Origin: Candidatus Cloacimonadales bacterium
Lineage (GTDB): Bacteria > Cloacimonadota > Cloacimonadia > Cloacimonadales > JAIOQZ01
NCBI GenBank assembly: GCA_963665815.1
Contig: OY762463.1
Location: 2,944,001 to 3,008,000, forward strand
Length of the DNA: 64,000 bases
Direction: 5' to 3'
Positions within the stretch are counted from its first letter, which is position 1. Each line of letters starts with the position of its first letter. Of this stretch, positions 48,474 to 58,212 are shown in pieces. A model generated the notes under the pieces. It made no database searches, was not told the DNA's origin, and worked only from the letters and a program-made list of their open reading frames with translations. Both the position numbers and the translations under genes were made by a program.

Positions 48474-48623
48474 GTTTTGCAGAGAATAAGGCTCGAATCT
48501 GATTCAGGCTGCATCAATATGCTGTATGTATTGGAAGGGACTATAAGAGGAGTCCGGTGGCACAGTCTGTCGAAAGAGGTTAAGGAAGAACTGAAGAGAG
48601 AGCTTAAGAAGCTTGATAGTTGA
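48474..48623 (+). pseudogene. 5'-truncated TfoX C-terminal domain fragment
   Basis: Translates to VLQRIRLESDSGCINMLYVLEGTIRGVRWHSLSKEVKEELKRELKKLDS*, very close to the C-terminal half of 29850-30134. An upstream in-frame TGA and no start for the N-terminal half. Confidence 0.8.
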
Positions 48624-48654
48624 GCTAGTTGCTTTAAGTCTTGATTACGATTAA

Positions 48655-50064
48655 TCAATCGGGACTTGTTATACCTGTACAGCTCAATTTAGTCAAGTCT
48701 TCAGGAGTAAATAGGTAAAGTGAAGTACTGTTAGCACTGTAATCTTCTAATTCTCTGGAGAATCCTGATTTTGAGAACAGGCAGTAGATTTTGCGTTTAC
48801 TGTTTTGCATATTAACAAGCATGCTTTTATTCTGCAAATCATGTAAGACTTTCATACCTGTTTCCCTATCTGTCCACTTGCATTCTCCGAATAGCATCTC
48901 ATTTTCCGAGCCGATAGCAACAACATCAATTTCTTCATTTTTGTTCCACCATCGACCTGATTTAAGCCAGATATATGGCATGTTAACCCGATAAATGAAT
49001 TCTCTGCATATATCTTCAAAAACTCCGGATACGTGATATACAATATCTTTTCTGATTTTCTCTATTACAAATTCGGTGTTTCCGCGTTCCAGATAGCTCT
49101 GATAAGGAAAAACAAATCTGAACCAGAAACGAAGGAAATTATCTTTTATAAAGTACAGCCCTGACTTACTTTTCTCAGGATTAGACTCAGTAATTGGAAC
49201 TTGTCTTTCAAGTATATCCAGATCAATCAGTTTTTTGATATAAGCTGTAAGTTTGCTAGCACTAACCCCCAATTTACTGGTTATAGTGCTCATCTTATGG
49301 TTTCCCAGAGAAATAGCTGCCAGAATAGAAAAGTAGGAGGATACATCGGATACTTCTTCCCTTAAAAGAAATCTAGGTTCATAGTACAGAAATTTATTTT
49401 TATTCAGCACTTCCTTCCGGATCGTATTAATAAAAGTTCTTCCCATATGAAATTGCTCTACATATTTGGGGATTCCTCCGGTTACGCTGTAATATTCTAT
49501 TAGTTTTTCATGATTTATACTATAGAATTCGGAATAATAAGGGAACTCAATAGGCTGAAGTTTTATCTGAGCTGTTCTTCTCCCGTATAACGGACTATCA
49601 TAGGCTAAAGTCTGATTATACATCATACTTATAAGAGATCCGCACAAAATTATCATGACATTATGATTTTTAAGAATAGTATCGTATAATCTCTGAAAAA
49701 TTGCCGGGAAATCTTTATTAGATCTGTGCAGATTCTGAAATTCATCAATTGCTATAACAAATTTTTCATCAGGATTTATTTTGGTTATAAGCATCCTGAA
49801 AAGAGAGTCCCACGATTTAATTTCAATATCGTCTAACAAATCATCATTAAATGTCTCTGAGATCTGCATCTGAAATCTTTTCATCTGGCTCAGCTCGTTC
49901 TGTGTGTCCGCAAAAAAATACAATGACGGTTTGTCTTCCAGAAACTTGTTTATCAGAGTTGTTTTACCCGTTCTTCTTCTTCCGTATATAACTACAAAAG
50001 AATTATCTACATACCGATATTCTTCACTCAGCATTTCCAGCTCATTTTTTCTGTTAATAAACAT
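48655..50064 (-). CDS. Archaeal-type AAA ATPase with winged helix and DUF234 / PD-(D/E)xK nuclease-like C-terminus
   Basis: FINRKNEL, YGRRRTGKT, IDEFQ, LCGS, TGGIPKY, DNFLRFWFRFV, GRWW..EEIDVV..FGECKW. Confidence 0.88.
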   Translation of the reverse strand: MFINRKNELEMLSEEYRYVDNSFVVIYGRRRTGKTTLINKFLEDKPSLYFFADTQNELSQMKRFQMQISETFNDDLLDDIEIKSWDSLFRMLITKINPDEKFVIAIDEFQNLHRSNKDFPAIFQRLYDTILKNHNVMIILCGSLISMMYNQTLAYDSPLYGRRTAQIKLQPIEFPYYSEFYSINHEKLIEYYSVTGGIPKYVEQFHMGRTFINTIRKEVLNKNKFLYYEPRFLLREEVSDVSSYFSILAAISLGNHKMSTITSKLGVSASKLTAYIKKLIDLDILERQVPITESNPEKSKSGLYFIKDNFLRFWFRFVFPYQSYLERGNTEFVIEKIRKDIVYHVSGVFEDICREFIYRVNMPYIWLKSGRWWNKNEEIDVVAIGSENEMLFGECKWTDRETGMKVLHDLQNKSMLVNMQNSKRKIYCLFSKSGFSRELEDYSANSTSLYLFTPEDLTKLSCTGITSPD

Positions 50065-50174
50065 TCTGACTCCAATTAATATAATCCATATTATTATAAT
50101 CTATATTATATTAATGTTTTATTCATGTCAAGATAGATTTTATCATAAGCGCTAAAAGGTTATAGTTCTTCTCA

Positions 50175-50505
50175 TCCGCGCAGAGGCAAGGGACGGTTGT
50201 CTTAGGTATCGGAGTATGTCGACTATGACGATTTCGCATTGACACAGTCAATGCACTCCAAAATAGTCTTTTAGAGGCTGTCTGCAACATCATTCGCAAA
50301 CACTAGTTTCCATTACGAAGGCGAAATGACAAATCTCTTTCTGCTTGAGCTTTGACTTGAAACTCCTTAGTATTTCTATAAAAGAAGAGACGTTGCATGC
50401 AACGTCTCTACAGTATTTAATATATTTTCATGTTTTCCCCTTGCGAATGTACTTGGACCCGTAGATGTTTTCGAAGAAACACATCCAGTGAAGTTCGCAA
50501 TGGTT
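50175..50505. repeat. Mosaic REP-like cluster sharing modules with 10858-11460
   Basis: AGAGACGTTGCATGCAACGTCTCTAC (~50386), GTAGATGTTTTCGAAGAAACACATCCAGTGAAGTTCGC (50461), CGCATTGACACAGTCAATGCACTCCAAAATAG (inverted relative to ~10988-11020), TCCGCGCAGAGGCAAGGGACGGTTGTCTT (inverted relative to ~11430-11459). Confidence 0.75.
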
Positions 50506-50533
50506 GGAAAACAAAGGTTTTGCATGTGAAAAA

Positions 50534-51748
50534 TTACTTCAGAATCTTTTGTACTCTCGGAGCTCTGATTCTGTGAGCAGCAGGTAAGCCTGAGCCGAGT
50601 AAAGGTCTTACATAGAACTTAAATGCATCTGTGATATGATTTCCTTCTGCATTAATGAATTCATCAGGCATTACTCTTGTTTTTCCGGCAACATCTGCCA
50701 GAGGAACAATCTGATAATCCACAGAATAATATCCTGTTCTCTTGATTGTGATTGATCCGTCAAGATCGTACCATATAGCGAATTGAGCGGCTTTTTCACC
50801 AACCTCTCTTGCTTCGTACTGGTCTACATCGGAAACACAGCCTATGAATGATCTCTGGAGATAACCGAATGTATCGGATCTTACACGTTTGATGTCTGTA
50901 TGTTTTTTGATGTGATCGGCAAGAAGGTCACCCAGCATACCGTTTCCGGAAAGCTGAACATTACCATGAGCATCTTTTTCCACATCGTTAACAAGTTTTG
51001 TGATAATAGGTTTACCATCTTTACCACAGATACCTTCGGAAACAGCTATAACACATCTACCATATTTTTTATAGGCATTTTTAACATCTACAATGAATTT
51101 ATCGAGATCAAATACTCTCTCAGGAAGATATATAAGATGAGGACCATCATCCGGATATTTCTGAGCAATACTTGCAGCGGCTGTGAGGAAACCGGCATGT
51201 CTACCCATAACAATACCAATGTATACGCCAGGGATAGCTCTGTTATCCAGATTTGCACCAATGAATGCCTGTGTCACAAATCTTGCAGCGGATCCGTAAC
51301 CGGGAGTGTGGTCATTAAGTACTAAATCATTATCTATGGTTTTGGGGATATGAATTGCTCTGAAATCATAGCCTGCTTTTTCAGCTTCGTTATTAACAAT
51401 CCTTACAGTGTCAGATGAATCATTTCCACCAATATAGAAGAAATAACGGACATGATGTGCTCTGAGTGCTCTGAATATTTCTTTGCAGTACTTTTCATCC
51501 GGTTTGTCACGTGTTGAAAGCATTCCTGAAGAAGGTGTGATTGCAATCTGTTCAAGATTGTTTGTTGTTTCCTGAGTCAGATCAAGAAAGTCTTCGTTAA
51601 TGATTCCTGATACACCGTGAACTGCACCGTAAACTCTTGTAATTTGCTGGAATTTTCTTGATTCAAGTACTACTCCAACGAGGGACTGATTAATAACAGC
51701 AGTTGGTCCACCACCTTGAGCGACAACCACTTTGCCTTGTAAAGCCAT
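50534..51748 (-). CDS. Phosphofructokinase family, probably pyrophosphate-dependent
   Basis: QGGGPTAVIN, IGGNDS (Asp typical of PPi use), PKTIDNDL, VMGRHAG, VSEG, FGYLQR. Confidence 0.85.
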   Translation of the reverse strand: MALQGKVVVAQGGGPTAVINQSLVGVVLESRKFQQITRVYGAVHGVSGIINEDFLDLTQETTNNLEQIAITPSSGMLSTRDKPDEKYCKEIFRALRAHHVRYFFYIGGNDSSDTVRIVNNEAEKAGYDFRAIHIPKTIDNDLVLNDHTPGYGSAARFVTQAFIGANLDNRAIPGVYIGIVMGRHAGFLTAAASIAQKYPDDGPHLIYLPERVFDLDKFIVDVKNAYKKYGRCVIAVSEGICGKDGKPIITKLVNDVEKDAHGNVQLSGNGMLGDLLADHIKKHTDIKRVRSDTFGYLQRSFIGCVSDVDQYEAREVGEKAAQFAIWYDLDGSITIKRTGYYSVDYQIVPLADVAGKTRVMPDEFINAEGNHITDAFKFYVRPLLGSGLPAAHRIRAPRVQKILK

Positions 51749-52941
51749 TACTTTACCTCCGATATTGTTTTACGTAAGACATTTGGGAATATACTGTAAA
51801 CTTGTACAGTTTTAATTAAGTCATCTATATAAATGTATTCTTTTGTGGAATGAGAAAGCTCTTCCAGCCCGGGAGCAAAACCTATTGACGGAATGTTAAA
51901 TCTTCCCATTGTAGCAACTCCGTTTGTGGAGAAATGCCATCTGCTGACTTTCCGATTTTCGTCCAGGAAAGTATCTGCAGCAGCCTTTCCTGCTCTAACA
52001 AGTTCATGATTCTCCGGAAGTACCCAGGTGGGGAAGACCTTCTCCTGTACTGCGTTCGCACCTTTCCAGCTTATTGCGTTGTATTCCGGAATTATGATCT
52101 CAGCATCAGTAATCTCCTTAAGCTCAGCGAGAACGCTTTCTTTTGTCTCTCCGGCTGTCATGCGTCTGTCAAGATAGATTTCGCAACTGTCTGCAACAGA
52201 GCAAAGGGATGGGCTTGTAGAACTGATTTTTGAGATCGTGATAGAACCTTTTCCAAGGAAATCATCGTGCTTCAAACGTTTATTGAGTTTTTCGATTTCC
52301 TGAATAATCGGTGCCATTTTATATACGGCGTTATCTCCGAGATGCTCATGTGCTCCGTGTGAAGATTCACCCTTTGTTCTGATGATAATCTCCATACGTC
52401 CACGGTGACCACGGTATACGTTAAGGTCTGTAGGTTCTCCGAGAACAACATAGTCCGGTCTGATTCCTTCGTTTTCAATCAGGTGAATAAGCGGATAGCC
52501 GTCACAATCTTCTTCCATTACGGAACCCACTACAACAAGTCTGAAGTCATTAAGCAGATCAAGTTCTCTCATGATTTTACCTGCGTAAACCATGCAGGCT
52601 ATGGCTGGCTTTTCATCAACAGAACCTCTGCCGTGGATTTTTCCGTCTTTTACATAAGGATCGAATGGCGGATGATCCCAGCTTTCAGGGTCACCAACAC
52701 CAACAACATCTATGTGAGCATCATAAAGTATTGTTTTATCGCCGGATCCTATTATACCGACGGCATTTCCAAGCTTATCCGAATAGACTTCATCAAAACC
52801 GCATATCTTCATTTCTTCAAGTATTCTTTTTACTACTGTCTCTTCCTGACAGCTTTCTGAAGGAATTGCTATTATATCTCTGAGAAACTTTACAATATCA
52901 TCTTTGTAGTTCTCAGACTGAACAAGTATTTCCTTTTTCAT
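51748..52941 (-). CDS. M20 metallohydrolase, YgeY/ArgE-DapE-like
   Basis: YDAHIDVV, GRGSVDEK, MEEDCDG, GEPT, RGHRGR, WHFSTNG, GFAPG.EE.SH. Confidence 0.85.
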   Translation of the reverse strand: MKKEILVQSENYKDDIVKFLRDIIAIPSESCQEETVVKRILEEMKICGFDEVYSDKLGNAVGIIGSGDKTILYDAHIDVVGVGDPESWDHPPFDPYVKDGKIHGRGSVDEKPAIACMVYAGKIMRELDLLNDFRLVVVGSVMEEDCDGYPLIHLIENEGIRPDYVVLGEPTDLNVYRGHRGRMEIIIRTKGESSHGAHEHLGDNAVYKMAPIIQEIEKLNKRLKHDDFLGKGSITISKISSTSPSLCSVADSCEIYLDRRMTAGETKESVLAELKEITDAEIIIPEYNAISWKGANAVQEKVFPTWVLPENHELVRAGKAAADTFLDENRKVSRWHFSTNGVATMGRFNIPSIGFAPGLEELSHSTKEYIYIDDLIKTVQVYSIFPNVLRKTISEVK

Positions 52942-53066
52942 GACCGATTTCCTCCATTTAATATTTTATTATTCATAATTTTATAATTATTGCTACAAGA
53001 AAATGGTTGTCAAGATTTTCACAAATAATATATTCAACATATAAACACAAGTATAAGGGAGAAAAG

Positions 53067-53585
53067 ATGTTCAAAAATTTAGTAGAAAAAAGATGTTCAA
53101 CAAGAAAATACAGTCAAAAACCAGTCACAAGGGAAACACTGGAAAAATTGTTTGAAACAGCCAGATTAGCACCATCTGCTAAAAATCTGCAGCCACTCAG
53201 CTTTTCAGTTTTCACAGATAAAGACAAAATTGCCAGAATAGCTGAGACAACTGTTCAGAGCTGGATTAAAGATTCACCTGTTCTTGTAACCATTTCCATT
53301 GATCATGTTAAAGCATGGAGACGTCCGGATGGTAAAGGGCATGGGGATATCGATGCCGCTGTTGCTGTAGATCACCTTTCTCTCGCTGCAACAGAGCTTG
53401 GACTGGGAACATGCTGGATATGCTGGTTTGACGCTTTTAAACTCCATGGAATACTCGGTCTGGAAAACCATCAGGAAGCCGTAATTCTTATGGCAATGGG
53501 TTATCCACAAAATGAATGTTCAGAACGTCATCTCAGAAGAAAACCAATTGATGAACTGGTCGAGTATAATCCTGAGATTAAGTAG
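53067..53585 (+). CDS. Nitroreductase family protein
   Basis: KRCSTRKY, ARLAPSAKNLQP, LAATELGLGTCWI, MGYP, RK. GGAG RBS before 53067. Confidence 0.9.
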   Translation: MFKNLVEKRCSTRKYSQKPVTRETLEKLFETARLAPSAKNLQPLSFSVFTDKDKIARIAETTVQSWIKDSPVLVTISIDHVKAWRRPDGKGHGDIDAAVAVDHLSLAATELGLGTCWICWFDAFKLHGILGLENHQEAVILMAMGYPQNECSERHLRRKPIDELVEYNPEIK

Positions 53586-53765
53586 AATTTCAGAAATACT
53601 TTTTTCATAAACCCAAAATTGGGAAGTGTTGATGTATCTCTAACAGGGAAATGTCGAGTATGCGAGACAAAGGGTCTGTTGATAGAATCTTCGTTTTCAA
53701 TTTTTTGTGGGAAAAATATTAATGTAGATAATTTTCTGAAAAATCAGTGATGTAAGATGATTTCA

Positions 53766-55091
53766 TCAAAACACACTCTCAATGATTCTTATAGCATTAT
53801 TAACAAAATCACTGCTGTTTTTCTCAAGCAGATAGTTTAAATATAAAGGCTTCAGGTATTTCAGACTGTTCAGAAACTTGAAGTCTTTTATTTTGTTTAC
53901 AATAAGGTGTTTTAATATCTGTAATTCTCTTTCAGTCGAAAATGCAAGATTTCTATAATTTTCTGTTGATTTGTCTATATTCAACTTATCGTTGATGATA
54001 CAGTTTAACAATTCAGCTTTAGCAATGTATCTGTATACTTCTCTCATGAGAGAAGTTTCATCCGGTTCTGCCTGCTTGTATGCTTTAAGGAGTTGTCCTG
54101 CAGAATCAGAGGTAGAATAATACCAGTTATCAGTTTCCGTATCCTGTATGAATTCAATGATCTTTATAGCAGAAGTGAAAGCTCTGCATTTTAGTTCAAA
54201 AGGACAGCCGTCCTGTTCCTTGCAAGGGTAGCAGTCATAAATATTGCTGTCAGGGAATGTGACAACAGCAGAATCGGAGAGTGTCTCGTGGGGGAAAGCC
54301 GGACCAAGAAACAGGGCAATTGTAGGTACTTCAAAAAATGCTCCTATATGCATTGTGCCGGTATCTCCGGAGATAAGCAGATCAGAATTCTCAATAAGGT
54401 TGAATAATGCTGGAACAGATGTTTTTCCGGTCATATCTATAATGTTAAACTTTACGGAACTGGTTTTAAGCAGTTCACAACTCATTTCCTTTTCTGCAGC
54501 AGTTCCGGTCAAAAATACTTTAGCTCCTTGTTTCACGAACCAGTCGGTCAAAACAGCGTACTCCGCAATGCTCCACTGACGTTTTATATTTCGTGTTCCC
54601 AACTGAATTACAACTTTTTCAGGGGAAGCAGGGATTTTGATCTCACCAAGTTTTACAGGATGATAATCCTTGTTAACCCAACCGTAGATGTCCATCAGAT
54701 TAAATCCTGACAGTTTTCGCGATTTCAGGAAACTCATGATAAATCGAAGCCAGTTCTCCGAATATTCATCACCGGAGTTAAATCCAATGCATGCTGAAGC
54801 ATTCAATTCAGGCAGTATATTGCTGATAAAATCATGACTGTTCAGGTTAACAACAAGGTCATACTTCTCTGCTCTTAATGTAGAAAGTATTTCAGCTCTT
54901 TCAGTGGAATTATCTGTTTGAAGTTGATCAAGGTTCACCGGGATCAGTCTGGTTAAGTCCATCTGCTCTGCAAATTCAGTGAAAATGCTGTTGTGCAACA
55001 AATGTACTTCATGTGACGCGTATGAGCTAATCAGCTTCCGAGACTGAAGAATATCTCCTATTTTTGCCAGTTGAATTATCAGAATTTTCAT
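53766..55091 (-). CDS. Glycosyltransferase family 9 (heptosyltransferase-like)
   Basis: ILIIQLAKIGDIL, KRQW, DMTGKTS, LISGDTGTMHIG, IALFLGP. Confidence 0.85.
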   Translation of the reverse strand: MKILIIQLAKIGDILQSRKLISSYASHEVHLLHNSIFTEFAEQMDLTRLIPVNLDQLQTDNSTERAEILSTLRAEKYDLVVNLNSHDFISNILPELNASACIGFNSGDEYSENWLRFIMSFLKSRKLSGFNLMDIYGWVNKDYHPVKLGEIKIPASPEKVVIQLGTRNIKRQWSIAEYAVLTDWFVKQGAKVFLTGTAAEKEMSCELLKTSSVKFNIIDMTGKTSVPALFNLIENSDLLISGDTGTMHIGAFFEVPTIALFLGPAFPHETLSDSAVVTFPDSNIYDCYPCKEQDGCPFELKCRAFTSAIKIIEFIQDTETDNWYYSTSDSAGQLLKAYKQAEPDETSLMREVYRYIAKAELLNCIINDKLNIDKSTENYRNLAFSTERELQILKHLIVNKIKDFKFLNSLKYLKPLYLNYLLEKNSSDFVNNAIRIIESVF

Positions 55092-55104
55092 TATCATCCT
55101 TCCT

Positions 55105-55289
55105 GAGACCTTTGCATAATTGGTGTAGTTGATTCGATTTTAGAATTCAAAAATCTCAATTAGGATAGTTGACTCAATTTTCGAAATCAAAAATATCAAT
55201 TAGGATAGTTGACTCAATTTTCGAAATCAAAAATCTCATCGAAATTCTTTTTCCAGAGCTACTTAATATTGCTATTATGCAAATATCTC
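55105..55289 (+). mobile_element. MITE family A, long copy with internal 40-bp tandem repeat, overlapping the comEC 3' end
   Basis: GAGACCTTTGCATAA ... TTATGCAAATATCTC, flanks TTCCT and TTCTT. Three ~40-bp units at 55121, 55161 and 55201. Confidence 0.72.
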
Positions 55290-57616
55290 TTCTTTTTATC
55301 AGATATGAATGTTTCAAAGCAGAGACTGTCTTCATGGACATTTATCTGCATGAAACCGTCTTGTGATCCACTGAAGTATTTAATTCCTTCCTGTTGCAGA
55401 TTGTACAGAACTTTTTTTGAGGGAAAGCCGAATCTGTTGCGGAAGCCATCAGGGATATAGGCAAACTCAGGATTAACTTTTTGCAAAAATTCAGGAGTAC
55501 TTGATGTACCTGATCCATGATGAGGTACTTTCAAAAAGTCAGATTGAATTGCATCTCCATATTTTGCTGAGAGAATGTCTTCTGCTTCTTTCTCAATATC
55601 GCCGGTAAAAAGGAAATTCCATCTTTTTAATGAAAGCAAGCAGGTAATAGACATGTTATTCTCGTTTTCATCGCAATATCCTGCTGATGGGTGCAAAATT
55701 TTTATGATAGCATCTCCATATCTAAAACTACAGGTATCCTTAACAATAATTGTTTGAGGTAACTCAGAATTCGGAAACTCTTCTTTTATTGTGTTAATAA
55801 CACTTTGGGTTGTAATAAGTGTATCAATGTTACAGTTCTCTGTCAGCTTTTCAAATCCACCATAATGATCGTCATGGGCATGAGTGATAATCAAATGGTT
55901 TATATGCTTAATTCCATAGTGCTTCATATATGGGAAAACATTATAAGCTATGTTACCGGAGAAGTCTTTTCGTCCGGTATCAATCATGATGTTACTGCCA
56001 TTCTCCAGCTCAATCAGGCAGGCATCACCTGAGCCTACATCAAAAAAAGATATTCTGTCAAAATCTGAGTTTACTGATTGCTCCTTGACGATGTACACGG
56101 AGAAAAACACTATAGGGATAAAACTGATAAGAAATGTCCGGACAGCTTTAATGTTATTTCTGTTTCTGAAGATAAACAGCAAAGTGAAGCATACAGCTGA
56201 TAATAAGAGAACTGTAAAAAGTATTGGTGAAAATCTGAGAAAATTCAGGTTGAATGGTAACTCAGAGAAAAGTTGAGTGAGTTTAGTGAAGATACTCATT
56301 AAGATGTCGAATCCCGGACTGAGGAATTCGCTGATAGAAGTGGGAGAGATTAGCATCAACATGGCATAAGGAAGGATAATTGCTGAAAACAGTGGTATGG
56401 AAACAAGGTTTGCCAGAAGCCCATTGAAATTAACCGAAGAAAAGTGATAATAAGTGATAGGGAAATGAAAGGCCATTATTACCATTGAAGAAAGTATCAG
56501 TGATATAATTACTGCAATGATTTTCTTGTGTTGTTTCTGCTTGTACAGCCTGGAAAGACCAATATTCTTAACAATTACCGGGAGGATGAATATTAAAGCA
56601 AAAACTGCTGTTATCGAAAACTGAAATCCAATCATGAACAGTTCATAAGGATTGATTATCAGAATCAGCAGTACTGCAGAATAGAATATGTCCTGCACAC
56701 TAACTTTTCTAACTAATACTTTGCTGACAAGAAACAGTGAAATCATGAGGAATGCTCTTGTTACAGACGGACTCCAACCGCAAATTGAAGCATAGACAAG
56801 AAGTAGAAATATTACAATTATGTTAATCTGCTTTCTGTTTCTTACAAAGAGAGCTAATAATGAAGAAAAGATCACTGCAATTAATCCAAGATGTAATCCA
56901 CTCATTGCCAGTAAATGATTTGTACCTGCTTCAGTATATTCGTCATAGTTTTCTATCCCCGATTTATCTCCGAGCAAAATAGCCATTACAAAGTTAGAGT
57001 GATCTCCAAAACTATTTCTGATTTTGCTTTGTATGGAAGTATGAATTTTGTGTATGAGGAAATTGTAATTGTATTTATGATATAGAATTCTATCCAGTTT
57101 TGCACTTCTTATCTGAAGGAGTATCCCCTTGTTTCTGTAGTGAAGTTTTCTATTGAAGGCATATGGATTTCGTGCTGAGGGTATTTCCGATAACTCACCC
57201 TGAATGCTTACAAATTGTCCCGGAATTAGTTTGTCCGTAAGATATACAATTGCGTTTATATTCGCTTTGGTATATTCAATGGATTTGACTTCGATGTCAT
57301 ATTTACTGTATCCTCCTGAATAATCTGTTCTTTTAACTATTTCAGCAGTTATCAGGTGTTTATCAGGAAAACTGCTGATAAATCTTTCTGCTTTAAGTTC
57401 ATCAGATTCCCGGAGCAGTAAACTTAGCACAGAAATGCAGATTACAGAAAGGATTATCAGTTTATCTTTGTACTGTAATTTTGCAAAAAGGATAAATCCT
57501 GTTATTATCGGAATACTGACAAAGTAATAATGTCTGAATATGAATAACAGAATACCTGCGATCCATAGGCAGCATAATAAGCTTGATTTACTGAGTTTGA
57601 TTTTTTCCTTCACCAT
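55259..57616 (-). CDS. comEC: DNA internalization competence protein ComEC/Rec2
   Basis: AILLGDK, HLLAMSGLHLG, SPSVTRA, GFQFS; metallo-beta-lactamase domain FDVGSGD, THAHDDHYGG, FTGDIE, KVPHHGS. Confidence 0.93.
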   Translation of the reverse strand: MVKEKIKLSKSSLLCCLWIAGILLFIFRHYYFVSIPIITGFILFAKLQYKDKLIILSVICISVLSLLLRESDELKAERFISSFPDKHLITAEIVKRTDYSGGYSKYDIEVKSIEYTKANINAIVYLTDKLIPGQFVSIQGELSEIPSARNPYAFNRKLHYRNKGILLQIRSAKLDRILYHKYNYNFLIHKIHTSIQSKIRNSFGDHSNFVMAILLGDKSGIENYDEYTEAGTNHLLAMSGLHLGLIAVIFSSLLALFVRNRKQINIIVIFLLLVYASICGWSPSVTRAFLMISLFLVSKVLVRKVSVQDIFYSAVLLILIINPYELFMIGFQFSITAVFALIFILPVIVKNIGLSRLYKQKQHKKIIAVIISLILSSMVIMAFHFPITYYHFSSVNFNGLLANLVSIPLFSAIILPYAMLMLISPTSISEFLSPGFDILMSIFTKLTQLFSELPFNLNFLRFSPILFTVLLLSAVCFTLLFIFRNRNNIKAVRTFLISFIPIVFFSVYIVKEQSVNSDFDRISFFDVGSGDACLIELENGSNIMIDTGRKDFSGNIAYNVFPYMKHYGIKHINHLIITHAHDDHYGGFEKLTENCNIDTLITTQSVINTIKEEFPNSELPQTIIVKDTCSFRYGDAIIKILHPSAGYCDENENNMSITCLLSLKRWNFLFTGDIEKEAEDILSAKYGDAIQSDFLKVPHHGSGTSSTPEFLQKVNPEFAYIPDGFRNRFGFPSKKVLYNLQQEGIKYFSGSQDGFMQINVHEDSLCFETFISDKKKRYLHNSNIK

Positions 57617-57651
57617 ACTAAACCCGAAGCAATTTGATTATGGTCATATCA

Positions 57652-57809
57652 GGGATCTTTGCATAAATGGGGTAGTTGACTGAATTTTAGAATTCAACAA
57701 ATTCTAACTCAAAATAAGTTTCTCCACTAAGTTTCCTTGATGAATCCAAAAAATATCATCGATATTTTTTACCCATTTCTGCTTGATTCTACTAATATGC
57801 AAATCTATC
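57652..57809 (+). mobile_element. MITE family A, long copy
   Basis: GGGATCTTTGCATAAATGGGGTAGTTGACT..TTTAGAATTCAACAAATTCT ... GCTTGATTCT..ATATGCAAATCTATC. Flanks TATCA and TATTA. Confidence 0.7.
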
Positions 57810-57851
57810 TATTATTTGTCAATAGTGATATTCATTCATGCAGAAGTCAGA

Positions 57852-57886
57852 TAAAAAAAGCAGACTGCCTTGATCGGCAATCTGCT
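57852..57886 (-). terminator. Terminator after the small secreted protein gene
   Basis: Minus strand AGCAGATTGCC-GATCAA-GGCAGTCTGCT followed by a T-tract. Confidence 0.7.
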
Positions 57887-57904
57887 GGAACTGTGATGAT
57901 AATG

Positions 57905-58123
57905 CTACTCTACTTCTTCTACAACATACAGCTCATCATCATACTCAAAGATTACGCAATCAATCCCATAGAATTCGATTTTTGCACCTTCCGGAATCGG
58001 TTCAGTCCACAGAGTGCATTCTTTGAGTGCTTCTTCAAATGTGATGCCATTGTAAAGTTCTGCTGCAAGATTGATTGTTGCAAGGATAATTAGTACAAAT
58101 GCCAGAATTGTTTTCGTCTTCAT
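57905..58123 (-). CDS. Small secreted acidic protein
   Basis: AAGGAG RBS, signal peptide ending NLAA, acidic ~50-aa mature part, own terminator. Confidence 0.7.
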   Translation of the reverse strand: MKTKTILAFVLIILATINLAAELYNGITFEEALKECTLWTEPIPEGAKIEFYGIDCVIFEYDDELYVVEEVE

Positions 58124-58212
58124 TGTTTACTCCTTAATCAGATTTACTAATAGGAGTCAGTGAATCAGAATTCCGTATCTAAAATGTATGTAACATTCTG
58201 AAAAACAGCTAA

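Noticed and set aside
55121-55238. CRISPR array
   Set aside because: The units are head-to-tail without unique spacers, lie inside a MITE, and no cas genes are present.
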